From an uncultured Dehalococcoidia bacterium (GTDB lineage: Bacteria > Chloroflexota > Dehalococcoidia > GIF9 > UBA5629), in contig CAIYTC010000177.1 of assembly GCA_903929005.1 (NCBI GenBank), positions 1 to 56,189 on the forward strand: a stretch of DNA of 56,189 nucleotides, in the 5' to 3' direction. Positions 8,320 to 17,844 of this stretch are shown here, piece by piece (positions within the stretch are counted from its first letter, which is position 1; every line of letters starts with the position of its first letter). A program made the translations under genes and the position numbers. Under the pieces are notes generated by a model. It ran no database searches and was not told the DNA's origin. It saw nothing but the letters and a program-made list of their open reading frames with translations.

Positions 8320-11217
8320 ATGAAAAATGACCTTTTAAGACGAGGCCTGATTTCAATATTTGGTGAATCTGTAGCCTTTCACAAAACCGAGTTGATGCTG
8401 TATTCCGGCGATGTAGGTTTCCTGCCATCTATCGCGAAGAACCAGGTAAACACCATGCCGGACGCTGTTGTAAAGCCCGCTGGCAAAGACGACCTGAAAG
8501 AATTAATGGCTTTGGCCTCCAGGTACAGGACGCCGCTGATACCCCGCGGGGGCGCCACAAGCGGCTATGGGGGCGCCGTCCCCGTGCACGGCGGTATCGT
8601 CATTGACTTCAGCCGCATGAACAGGATTACTGACATTAACGCGCAGGATATGACGGTCACGGTTGAACCGGGCGTGCGCTGGAACACCCTTGAGCAGGAG
8701 CTGAGGAAAAACAACCTCGCCCTGAGGCTCTACCCGGGCAGCGCCATCAGCGCCACAGTGGGCGGATGGATTGCCAACGGCGGCGGCGTGGGCATCGGCA
8801 GCTATGAATACGGCTACCTGCAGGAAAACCTGGTTGAGCTGGAAATTGTTACACCCGCCGGCGCCAGGAAGGTGGCCAGTGATGAAATTGACGTGGTCAG
8901 CGGGTTTGCCGGGACTACCGGTTTCATAATCAGCGCCACCATCCGTGTGAGAGAGGGCGACAGGGACGTCCCCCTCATGGGCGCTTTCAAAAACCTGGAT
9001 GACCTAACAGGTTTGTTCCGCGAACTGGAATCGGAAAAGTTAGCACTCTGGGAGGTAGGTTTCAGGGACCCTCAACACACAAGGTTGAACCATAAGGCCG
9101 TGGAACAGCAGGCCCGGCAATTCGGCGCTGATAAAGAAATCCACAGAAATAGTCTCCCCGCTGACAGTTACCTGGCCCTTTTCGTTTACCCTGCTAAACG
9201 GGAAGGCGAGATCAGGGATAAACTACTCGCTATGATAAGTTCCCGCGGCGGCGAACTGCTGGATGAGAAGCTGGCTATGGCAGAGTGGGACGACCGCTTC
9301 TACCCGCTGCGCCTCAAGGCGCTCGGCCCCTCCGTTATTCCTTCGGAGGTCGATATACCCGCCGCGAAATTGCCCGCATTTATTGACGCGATCAAGGATG
9401 GACTCAAAGATTTTGCCTATAACGGCACCCTGGTAAACCATGGCGGCCGCACCACCGTCCTGACCTATATGCTGGGAGACGAGAGAAGGTTTGGTTTCAT
9501 GTTCGGATACGCTGGCAGCTTCGGCCCGCTGAACGTGGCAGCCAAACTGGGAGGCAGACCGTATGCCATAGGCATGTACCTGTCCGACCGGGCCGCGGGT
9601 TACTTTGGCAAAGATACGCTTAAAAGGATATATGAATATAAAAAGCAGGTTGACCCCCTTTTCATCATGAACCCCGGCAAGGTCTTCCCGCGTTCCCTGG
9701 ATAAGACCGCCCCCTTCCGGTTGGGATGGATGCTGAGGATGGCGGGCAGGATGGGCGGATTAGTTAAAATAGCGGCCGGGCTGTTTGATGGCAAAACCCC
9801 GGTAACATTTGCACGCGGCAGGACCGCGGTTGGCAAATTGCCTTTTGGCCGGGACGCTGTCTGGGACGCCTATGCCTGCGTGCGCTGCGGCTATTGCAGC
9901 TCCATTTGCACCGAATACAAGACTCTTGGCTGGGAGAGCGCGTCGCCCAGGGGTAAGTTCCATTTCCTCAGGGACTACGTGGAGGGGAAGGTTAAATTCG
10001 ACGAGCGCATGGGCGAGCTTTTTTACGCCTGCACCACCTGCGGGCACTGCAACGAGGTCTGCCAGATAAATTCACATATCGAGGAGCATTGGACCCTGAC
10101 CGGCAGGCCGGCAGCCTGGCTGGACGGCTATAATCCGCCTAAGGTATCACAGGTGGCCGCGTCCCACGCACTGCTGCGGCATAATCCCAGCGGCATGTCA
10201 CAGGAAAAAAGGACGGGTTGGAAGGCCCCGGGATTGAAGTACAGTGAGGAGGGAAAGATCGGCTACTGGGTAGGCTGCAACGCATCCTACAACCAGGAAA
10301 CGAGAAACCTGCCGGTCAATAGCGTCCGCATACTCAATAAAGCCGGGATTGAACCGGTTTACCTGGGCAGCCTGGAATGGTGCTGCGGCGGCGGGATATA
10401 CTCTGCCGGCTGCATAAACGAGATCGAGGAAACTTTCAGGCACAATATGGAGGAATTACGCAAAAGGGGTGTAAAAACACTGATCACTTCCTGTGGAAGC
10501 TGTTATTACTATTTAGGCCACCTGTATCCTATCCTATCGCGGGAATACGGGGTTGAATACGGTATAAAAGTAAGGCACATCACCGATTATATTGACGAGC
10601 TTATCCGGGAGGGCAAGATTAAGTGCAAATTCCCGCTCAAATTCAGCGTTACCTATCATGACCCCTGCCATGTCGCCTGCGCGGGTGGGATTGTCGATGC
10701 CCCCAGGAGGATACTGGCTGCCATACCGGAATTGAAGGTTGTGGAAATGGCGCATAATGGCTCCGATACGGCCTGCTGCGGCCGGCATGCCAGCCGCTAT
10801 CCGAATTATGGAGGTGCCATCAGCTCAAAGAGGCTGGACGAGGCTTTCGGGACAGCTGTGCCGGCCCTCATCACCGGTTGCCCGACCTGCGAAACAAATT
10901 TCCGTAATAAGCTACAATCCTACGATAAAAGTATGGAGATATTCGATATAACCGACCTCGTAGCGGAGAGCATGGGACTGCCAACTTTAGTGGTAGCCAA
11001 GATCAACAGGATCACCAAAGGCACTGCCAAAAGCAGGGAAAAACAAGAGGAAGCGAAAACATTCTTGTCGGAAGAGGAGCTGGCCAAAGAGCAAAACATG
11101 TTTTGTCCGCATAGCGATACCTATGGCTCACTCAACGCCAGGACAACCAGCATAAAAAGATTAAGTGAGGAACTGGGCGAAAGCTCAGATAATACATCCG
11201 TACCAAAATCTTGTTAA
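8320..11217 (+). CDS. FAD-binding oxidoreductase fused to 4Fe-4S and CCG domains (GlcD/GlcF-like fusion)
   Basis: PRGGATS FAD-binding_4 motif, DPLFIMNPGK, two CxxCxxCxxxC motifs, CCG motifs (WCCGG, YHDPCH, ACCG). Alternative TTG start at 8308. Confidence 0.9.
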   Translation: MKNDLLRRGLISIFGESVAFHKTELMLYSGDVGFLPSIAKNQVNTMPDAVVKPAGKDDLKELMALASRYRTPLIPRGGATSGYGGAVPVHGGIVIDFSRMNRITDINAQDMTVTVEPGVRWNTLEQELRKNNLALRLYPGSAISATVGGWIANGGGVGIGSYEYGYLQENLVELEIVTPAGARKVASDEIDVVSGFAGTTGFIISATIRVREGDRDVPLMGAFKNLDDLTGLFRELESEKLALWEVGFRDPQHTRLNHKAVEQQARQFGADKEIHRNSLPADSYLALFVYPAKREGEIRDKLLAMISSRGGELLDEKLAMAEWDDRFYPLRLKALGPSVIPSEVDIPAAKLPAFIDAIKDGLKDFAYNGTLVNHGGRTTVLTYMLGDERRFGFMFGYAGSFGPLNVAAKLGGRPYAIGMYLSDRAAGYFGKDTLKRIYEYKKQVDPLFIMNPGKVFPRSLDKTAPFRLGWMLRMAGRMGGLVKIAAGLFDGKTPVTFARGRTAVGKLPFGRDAVWDAYACVRCGYCSSICTEYKTLGWESASPRGKFHFLRDYVEGKVKFDERMGELFYACTTCGHCNEVCQINSHIEEHWTLTGRPAAWLDGYNPPKVSQVAASHALLRHNPSGMSQEKRTGWKAPGLKYSEEGKIGYWVGCNASYNQETRNLPVNSVRILNKAGIEPVYLGSLEWCCGGGIYSAGCINEIEETFRHNMEELRKRGVKTLITSCGSCYYYLGHLYPILSREYGVEYGIKVRHITDYIDELIREGKIKCKFPLKFSVTYHDPCHVACAGGIVDAPRRILAAIPELKVVEMAHNGSDTACCGRHASRYPNYGGAISSKRLDEAFGTAVPALITGCPTCETNFRNKLQSYDKSMEIFDITDLVAESMGLPTLVVAKINRITKGTAKSREKQEEAKTFLSEEELAKEQNMFCPHSDTYGSLNARTTSIKRLSEELGESSDNTSVPKSC

Positions 11218-11238
11218 CACCCACTTAGGAGGAGAATA

Positions 11239-11778
11239 ATGGCAGAACTTAGCCAGGATGAGAAGAATGAACTCTTGGACAGGGTGCAGCAGAAGGCGAC
11301 TTCCTACCAGTTCGAGTTCCGGGGATGCGGCCAGACGGCCTTTTATGCCCTGCAGGAAGTATTCAACCTGTCGGATAATACAGACGCTTTCAAAGCGGCA
11401 AATTTCCTTGGATACGGCATCGTGCGCGAAATGGATATCTGCGGCGCCTTCATGGGCGCCATCATGGCAATCGGACTGGCCGCAGGCAGGGAAACCTTTG
11501 ACGAACCCCTCTACCCTGATGCAAAGGACATCGACCCCGCTTCAGGCCTGTCAAAATCCGCTGTCAAAATCAGGGAATTCTACCAGAGGTTTGTTGATAA
11601 ATATGGCGGGACCACGTGCCGGGCCGTGCAGGAAAATTCATTTGATAAAGTCTATGAATTAGCGGATACCAGGCAAAGTGCGGTATTTGCTGAAATGCAC
11701 GGCGAGGATTGCGCCGAGATCGCCGGACAGGTTGCCCGCTGGGCCGCGGAAGTTATTCTGGAAATCCCACGCCGCTGA
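11239..11778 (+). CDS. C_GCAxxG_C_C family putative redox protein
   Basis: GCGQ, ICGAFMG, TTCR and DCAE motifs; AGGAGG RBS. Confidence 0.85.
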   Translation: MAELSQDEKNELLDRVQQKATSYQFEFRGCGQTAFYALQEVFNLSDNTDAFKAANFLGYGIVREMDICGAFMGAIMAIGLAAGRETFDEPLYPDAKDIDPASGLSKSAVKIREFYQRFVDKYGGTTCRAVQENSFDKVYELADTRQSAVFAEMHGEDCAEIAGQVARWAAEVILEIPRR

Positions 11779-11876
11779 TTGGCCGCTACGCCGTTTCACG
11801 AAAAACCAATAATGGCAGTGATGGGGTATTATTTTACGGGTTGATAAATATTACCGCATCCAGGGGAAGACAAAAT

Positions 11877-13565
11877 ATGGATAATCTTAAAAAGGTAGTC
11901 ATCATCGGCGGCGGCGCCTGCGGTCCCAAGACAGCCGCCAGGTTGCGCAGGCTTGACGCCCATGCCGGCATAACCATGCTACAGGATGAAGCTCTGATTT
12001 CATACGCAGGCTGCGGACTGCCCTACTTTATAGGCGGATCGGTGAAACCTCGGAATATGCTGATACACAGGGATGTGGCCAGCTTCAAGAAGATCAGCAA
12101 CGTGGACGTCCTCATTAACACCCGCGTGGACAGCATAGACCGCGCCACCCATAAAATCAATGTAACCGACACAGCGGCTGCCAGGAGCTACACATTGGAT
12201 TATGACAAGCTGGTAATAGCCACCGGGGCCAACCCCGTTATTCCCCCTCTCAAGGGAATTGATTTAAAGGGCATTCATGTGGTTAAGAGGGTGCCGGATG
12301 CCGACCAGATTATAGCTTTGCTCGATAAATCGGTTTCCAAAAAAGCTGTGATCGTGGGAGCCGGGCTCATCGGGGTTGAGATGGCCGAGGCGCTGGTTGC
12401 CCGCGGATTCATTGTTACCATAGTGGAAGCCCTGGAACGTGTCCTGGCTGCCCTGCTGGATGATGAGATATCTGACCTGGTAGCCAAGCATATGCAAGAC
12501 AAGGGCATAGTTCTCAAACTGGGGCAGAAGATTACGGCATTTGAGGGTTCAGACGGCAACGTCAGCCACGCCGTTACGGACAGCGAGAGAATTGAAGCCG
12601 GCCTGGTGATACTCGCCATAGGCGTACGTCCCAATTCAAAGCTGGCTAAAGATGCCGGCCTGGAAATTGGACAGTGGGGAGATATTGTCATCAATGAATA
12701 TATGCAGACCAGCGACCCGGATATCTACGCAGGAGGAGACTGTGTAGCAAATGTTAATCTCGTGACCGGGCAGAAGGCCTTCGTCCCTATGGGTTCCACG
12801 GCCAACAAGCACGGGCATGTCATAGCCTCGCATATAACAGGCGGCAAAGAGAAATTCCACGGTATCGTCAGCACCGCCTGTGTCAAGGTACTTGACTTCA
12901 ATATCGGGCGTACCGGCATCGGTGAAAAACAAGCGCTGGAGGCCGGCTTTAAAGTGGTGTCGGCACTTTTACCCGCTCCTGACAAACCTGAATATTACCC
13001 TGGTAACAAGGAAATCGTCATCAAGCTGATTGTGGACGCGCAAACCGGGCGCATACTGGGCGGCCAGGGCGTCGGGCCGGGCGAGGTGGTTAAGAGGATC
13101 GATGTGCTGGCCACCGCCATAACCATGGGCATGACGGTGGACATGCTGGCCGACCTCGACCTGGCTTATGCCCCGCCGTTTAACACCGCACTCGACGCAT
13201 TGCACCACGCCGCCAACCTGGTGCGCAATAAAATGGAGGGAAGGACCGCAAGCATCAGGCCTGCCGGGTTAAAAAAAAAGCTTGATGCGAAAGAGGATTT
13301 TGTCCTGCTCGACGTCAGGGGACACGGGGAGCACGAAGCCACCAGCATTGCCGCACCCCAGGTGAAGCTGATACCTCAACCGGTACTGACCAAGAACTTG
13401 GAAACACTGCCACGTGATAAAGAGATCATCGTTATGTGCCGCCGGGGCGGCCGCGCCTACCAATCAGCCTGCATCCTCAAAGGACAAGGCTTCAAGGACG
13501 TCAAGTTCGTGGAAGGCAGCCTGACCTGCTGGTGCGGCGAAATCCGCGGCAAGCCGATCCTGTGA
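11877..13565 (+). CDS. CoA-disulfide/persulfide reductase-like FAD oxidoreductase with C-terminal rhodanese domain
   Basis: IIGGG FAD motif, SYAGCGLPY redox Cys, GAGLIG, DLAYAPPF, rhodanese LLDVR...CRRGGRA. Start reassigned to ATG 11877. Confidence 0.9.
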   Translation: MDNLKKVVIIGGGACGPKTAARLRRLDAHAGITMLQDEALISYAGCGLPYFIGGSVKPRNMLIHRDVASFKKISNVDVLINTRVDSIDRATHKINVTDTAAARSYTLDYDKLVIATGANPVIPPLKGIDLKGIHVVKRVPDADQIIALLDKSVSKKAVIVGAGLIGVEMAEALVARGFIVTIVEALERVLAALLDDEISDLVAKHMQDKGIVLKLGQKITAFEGSDGNVSHAVTDSERIEAGLVILAIGVRPNSKLAKDAGLEIGQWGDIVINEYMQTSDPDIYAGGDCVANVNLVTGQKAFVPMGSTANKHGHVIASHITGGKEKFHGIVSTACVKVLDFNIGRTGIGEKQALEAGFKVVSALLPAPDKPEYYPGNKEIVIKLIVDAQTGRILGGQGVGPGEVVKRIDVLATAITMGMTVDMLADLDLAYAPPFNTALDALHHAANLVRNKMEGRTASIRPAGLKKKLDAKEDFVLLDVRGHGEHEATSIAAPQVKLIPQPVLTKNLETLPRDKEIIVMCRRGGRAYQSACILKGQGFKDVKFVEGSLTCWCGEIRGKPIL

Positions 13566-13594
13566 ATTGGTACCCGCATAACGAATACAAAAAC

Positions 13595-13670
13595 GTCTTT
13601 GCGAGCGAAGCGAAGCAATCTGATCGTCGCAGTCAGATTGCCGCGGCCTCTGCGGCGGCCTCGTAATGAC
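13595..13670. repeat. GTCATTGCGAG-family palindromic (REP/RPE-like) element, copy 1
   Basis: GTCTTTGCGAGCGAAGCGAAGCAATC...GATTGCCGCGGCC...CCTCGTAATGAC, self-complementary. Confidence 0.85.
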
Positions 13671-13746
13671 AGTGTGCGCAAGCAGAGAAATATTACCCCG
13701 ATAATGTATAATACCTGCCAATTAGTGTAAGAGGAAATCTTCTTAT

Positions 13747-16008
13747 ATGGCAGCGGATGTCTCTCATTTAAGGCGTATAGCAGCGCGTAGCGGGTTGACC
13801 CTCTGCGAGGCTATCCTTCGCTCCTTTGCCCATCTGTCTATCAAAAAAGGGGCGCCCTGGCGTACCCTGCTGGCCGTTTCGGCCAACTCGCAGGCGGTGG
13901 TGGAGGCTGCCCTGCTGGCAGCCAAAGAAGCCGACTGCCCGATATTTTTTGCCGCTACACTCAACCAGGTTGACCCGGACGGCGGCTACACAGGCTGGAC
14001 ACACGCACGCTTCGCCACGGTAGTGCGGCAAACAGCTAAGAAAACCGGTTTCAAAGGCCCTGTGCTGCTGGGGGTCGACCATGCCGGGCCATGGCTGAGG
14101 GACAGGCACACCACTGAAAAGTGGCCTTACCGCCGTACACTGGCCGCTGTTAAGAAGTCGCTGGAATCAGCAATTGAAGCGGGTTTTGACCTGCTGCATA
14201 TCGACCCCACAGTTGACCGCAAACTGCCGCCCGGCCGGGCGCTCGATATAAACACCATCGTGGAAAGGACAATCCTGCTGATAAAAACCTGCGAGGATTT
14301 CCGCAGAAAAAGGGGGCTTCCTGCTATCGCCTACGAGGTCGGGACCGAGGAGGTGCATGGCGGACTGGCTGACGAGAAGGTGTTCTCAGTCTTCCTGGCC
14401 GGACTGCGCAAGCAGATGTCTGAAGAAGGATTGGGCGGCGCCTGGCCGTGCTTTATCGTCGGCAAGGTGGGCACCGACCTGGATACCACCATGTTCAGCC
14501 CGCAGGTGGCAGAGGAGCTTTACGGCACCGCCAACCGCTACGGCATGGTGCTCAAGGGACACTATACCGATAACGTGGAGAACCCCGCCGCCTATCCGTC
14601 CAGCAAAATGGGCGGCGCTAACGTAGGCCCCGAGTTTACCGAGGTTGAATGCGATGCCCTCTTCGAGCTGGAATCAATGGAAACTGCCCTGTTGAAGGAA
14701 GCGGCCAATAGCCATGCTCATTTCAAGCAAGCCCTCAGGGACGCGGTAATTCGCTCCGGGCGCTGGGAAAAGTGGCTGCACCCCGCTGAGATGGGGAAAT
14801 CCTTCAGTGAACTCTCAGATGAGAGGCAAAGCTGGCTGCTCAAGACCGGCGCGCGTTACATCTGGACGGACAGGGCGGTGCTGGCAGCACGTAGTCAGCT
14901 TTATGCGAATGTGAAAAAGGACGGCTTCGACCCCCACGGGTTCGTGGTCAACCGTATCTCACAACAGATACTGAAATACTGCCGCGCCTTCAACTTGTAC
15001 GGCACAATCCCCATCCTGGAGGCCGAGTTCGCAAGGAGAAGCAGGCTGCCGTTCTGGGGCGAGGGCCAGGTGCTGGCCGCAGGGGAGATGATAGTGGAGA
15101 TGATGCGCCCATCAGTTGGCCAACCCCTCGACGTCACCGGAGAATTCAAAGGTCCTTACGCCAGCGGCGCGCCCGCCAACTTTGCCAGCGCGTCGGCCAG
15201 GATAGGCAAACGCACGGGCTTCGTGGGCTCAACCGGCCGGGACGGCTTCGGACAACTGCTGCGGGACAGGTTTAAACAGGACGGCATAAACAGCACTTCA
15301 ATTGTTTCCGTCAAAAGAAAAACAACCGGCTGTGCCTTCGTTGCTTACGATAAGGACGGGGGCCGCAAGTTCATCTTCCACATTGCCGGCACGGCCTCCG
15401 ACCGGCTGCCGCCGCCTGCCCAGGCCGTCCGCTACGCCGAATCGTTCCGTCACCTGCACCTGATGGGCTGCTCGCTGTCCATCAGCCGCTCCATGCGGGA
15501 GACCTGCATCGCCATGGCTGAAGCTGTAAAGAAGGCCGGCGGCAGCGTCAGCCTCGATCCCAACCTCAGGCCGGAGCTGCTTTCGGCCGAGGAATGCCGC
15601 AACATCCTGCTGCCGGTGGTCAGTCTATCAGATATCGTGTTGCCCAGCGGCGGGGAGGCCAGCCTGCTGGTGCACGAAACCGATGGCAATAAGGCCTGCC
15701 TCCAGCTATTAGAAATGGGTGTGAAAGTGGTGGTGCTCAAGCTGGGCGGCCGCGGCTGCCGCGTCTTTTCCGCGCAAGGCACTATCGATGTGCCCGGCTT
15801 CAAAGTTAAGGCTGTTGACCCCACCGGCGCGGGGGACTGTTTCGACGCCGGCTTTATCAGCGGCTACCTGGATAACCTGCCATTATACGAGGCCGCCCGC
15901 CTGGCCAACGCCATGGGCGCGCTGGCCGCCTCACGCATGGGCCCGATGGAAGGCACGTTCAGCCTGAAAGAGGTTATGGCCTTTATGAAAGAGCAGTACC
16001 GGGCATAA
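13747..16008 (+). CDS. Fusion of GatZ/KbaZ-family (tagatose-6-phosphate 4-epimerase-like) domain and PfkB sugar kinase
   Basis: N-terminal ATLNQVDPDGGYTG, DHAGP, LHID, GTEE, KGHYTD, ANVGPEFT; C-terminal SGAPANFA, DPNLR, DPTGAGDCF. Confidence 0.88.
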   Translation: MAADVSHLRRIAARSGLTLCEAILRSFAHLSIKKGAPWRTLLAVSANSQAVVEAALLAAKEADCPIFFAATLNQVDPDGGYTGWTHARFATVVRQTAKKTGFKGPVLLGVDHAGPWLRDRHTTEKWPYRRTLAAVKKSLESAIEAGFDLLHIDPTVDRKLPPGRALDINTIVERTILLIKTCEDFRRKRGLPAIAYEVGTEEVHGGLADEKVFSVFLAGLRKQMSEEGLGGAWPCFIVGKVGTDLDTTMFSPQVAEELYGTANRYGMVLKGHYTDNVENPAAYPSSKMGGANVGPEFTEVECDALFELESMETALLKEAANSHAHFKQALRDAVIRSGRWEKWLHPAEMGKSFSELSDERQSWLLKTGARYIWTDRAVLAARSQLYANVKKDGFDPHGFVVNRISQQILKYCRAFNLYGTIPILEAEFARRSRLPFWGEGQVLAAGEMIVEMMRPSVGQPLDVTGEFKGPYASGAPANFASASARIGKRTGFVGSTGRDGFGQLLRDRFKQDGINSTSIVSVKRKTTGCAFVAYDKDGGRKFIFHIAGTASDRLPPPAQAVRYAESFRHLHLMGCSLSISRSMRETCIAMAEAVKKAGGSVSLDPNLRPELLSAEECRNILLPVVSLSDIVLPSGGEASLLVHETDGNKACLQLLEMGVKVVVLKLGGRGCRVFSAQGTIDVPGFKVKAVDPTGAGDCFDAGFISGYLDNLPLYEAARLANAMGALAASRMGPMEGTFSLKEVMAFMKEQYRA

Positions 16009-16078
16009 CCAGCTTCAAACAAACGCCGTGCATATTTAAAACTGAGGGAAAGGTCTTTAAAACAATGTGAGGAGCGAA

Positions 16079-17119
16079 ATGGGTAAAGAGCTTGTTTCAA
16101 ATAATAACGAAATAATAATGTACACTACTCCTTCTGGTGATGTCCGGATAGAAGTGATTTTCCAGGACGAGTCATTCTGGTTGAGCCAGAAAAAGATGGC
16201 AGACCTGTTTGGGGTCGAGGTTAATACTGTGAACTACCACCTTAAGGAGATTTTCGCTTCAGGGGAACTTAAGGAAATGCCAACTATTCGAAAATTTCGA
16301 ATAATTCAACCTGAAGGAGGACGTCAAGTCAGCAGGGAGGTGGATTTTTACCATCTCGATGCCATTATAGCAGTAGGTTATCGAGTTAACAGCCATCAGG
16401 CCACCCAGTTCCGCATCTGGGCTACGGCTACTCTGCGCGAGTTTATCACCAAAGGCTTTGTGCTGGATGACGAAAGGCTAAAGCTCAATAAGCGCTTTGG
16501 AAAGGATTACTTCGATGAACTGTTGGAACGAATACGTGAGATACGCGCCAGCGAGCGGCGCTTTTACCTCAAGATCACCGACATCTATGAGCAATGCAGC
16601 ATCGACTACAATCGTGACCGTGAAATAACACACGCATTTTTCAAAACGATACAAAACAAGCTTCACTGGGCGGTTACTGGCAAGACAGCAGCGGAAATCA
16701 TAGCTGAGCGGGCACACTCTGATAAGCCGCATATGGGATTACAGACATGGAAGAGTGCTCCTCGCGGAAAAATCCTCAAGTCAGATATTACCATAGCCAA
16801 GAACTACCTGATAGAAAAGGAGATCAAAACCTTAGAGCGAATAGTATCGATGTACCTTGATTACGCGGAATTGCAGGCTACCCGTCAGATACCCATGAAG
16901 ATGGAGGACTGGATACAGAAGCTGGATGCCTTCCTGAAATTCAATGAATATGAAATACTGGAGGATGCCGGCAAAGTTTCACACGAAGTAGCGGTTAAGT
17001 TAGCCGGGACTGAGTATGACAAATTCCGCGTGATCCAGGACCGCGAATATATTAGCGACTTTGAGAAAGAGGTAAAAAAGATCACTTCACGGCAGCGGCG
17101 GGGCAAGAATAAGGCATGA
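16079..17119 (+). CDS. Virulence RhuM family protein
   Basis: WLSQKKMADLF, AIIAVGYRVNS, ATQFRIWAT, IREIRASERRFY; ATG 16079 after GAGGAG. Confidence 0.9.
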   Translation: MGKELVSNNNEIIMYTTPSGDVRIEVIFQDESFWLSQKKMADLFGVEVNTVNYHLKEIFASGELKEMPTIRKFRIIQPEGGRQVSREVDFYHLDAIIAVGYRVNSHQATQFRIWATATLREFITKGFVLDDERLKLNKRFGKDYFDELLERIREIRASERRFYLKITDIYEQCSIDYNRDREITHAFFKTIQNKLHWAVTGKTAAEIIAERAHSDKPHMGLQTWKSAPRGKILKSDITIAKNYLIEKEIKTLERIVSMYLDYAELQATRQIPMKMEDWIQKLDAFLKFNEYEILEDAGKVSHEVAVKLAGTEYDKFRVIQDREYISDFEKEVKKITSRQRRGKNKA

Positions 17120-17208
17120 AATTGCAATTCGACCCCAATTAGCAATTCCAGCTTGATTCAAGAGATGGCCAACTGTCCTGTTCAACCATATGTCGTCGAT
17201 TAATTACC

Positions 17209-17781
17209 TTAACCTAAAGCCATTTTGAACCGCTCTTTGCTATCCTCAAATTCCACTTCTTTCGGATCGAAATAAGCGGGGTCATAATCCTCGAAGTCAG
17301 ACTGAAACTCGCTTTTACCCTTGCAGATATCCGCGTAACCCCAGACACCGCCACAGTCCTCCGGCGGGCAGGCCATCTTGCCGGCCAAGCATAACGGATA
17401 CCTTACCCCTTCCTGTCGCGGTTCAATTTTCTCGAGCAAAACATCGTGCTTCCAGCCATCGCCGAAATCATACATATATTTGGCCCTGGGATGATCGATG
17501 GTAAACCAGGCAGATATCTTGTGCTTCCAGCCGGGCAGCATATCCACAGCGTACATTTCGTCTTTGGCTGGTACACCTATACTTTTATTCAAACCGCTGG
17601 CTGGATCGGTTAGCTTGAATTCATGCAGGTGGCAATCCAGCCACCCCATAGAATCCTGAATAGCGACATGCAGGTCCCAAAAGGTAAAATACTCAGACAC
17701 CTGTATGCGACGCCAGACAGGCGGACTGGTATTCATAAGCGTAATTTTAAACTGGTAAACCTGGCCGAACTTTTTTCTCAT
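17209..17781 (-). CDS. Plasmid pRiA4b ORF-3 family protein
   Basis: PPVWRRIQV, LHVAIQDSMGW, HLHEF, YDFGDGW, CPPEDCGG; start reassigned to ATG 17781. Confidence 0.9.
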   Translation of the reverse strand: MRKKFGQVYQFKITLMNTSPPVWRRIQVSEYFTFWDLHVAIQDSMGWLDCHLHEFKLTDPASGLNKSIGVPAKDEMYAVDMLPGWKHKISAWFTIDHPRAKYMYDFGDGWKHDVLLEKIEPRQEGVRYPLCLAGKMACPPEDCGGVWGYADICKGKSEFQSDFEDYDPAYFDPKEVEFEDSKERFKMALG

Positions 17782-17844
17782 GGTTATCTCCAACCCAAAC
17801 CGTGGGATAAGAGGCGGGGCCAAAGACCCGCCTCTACTACTATA

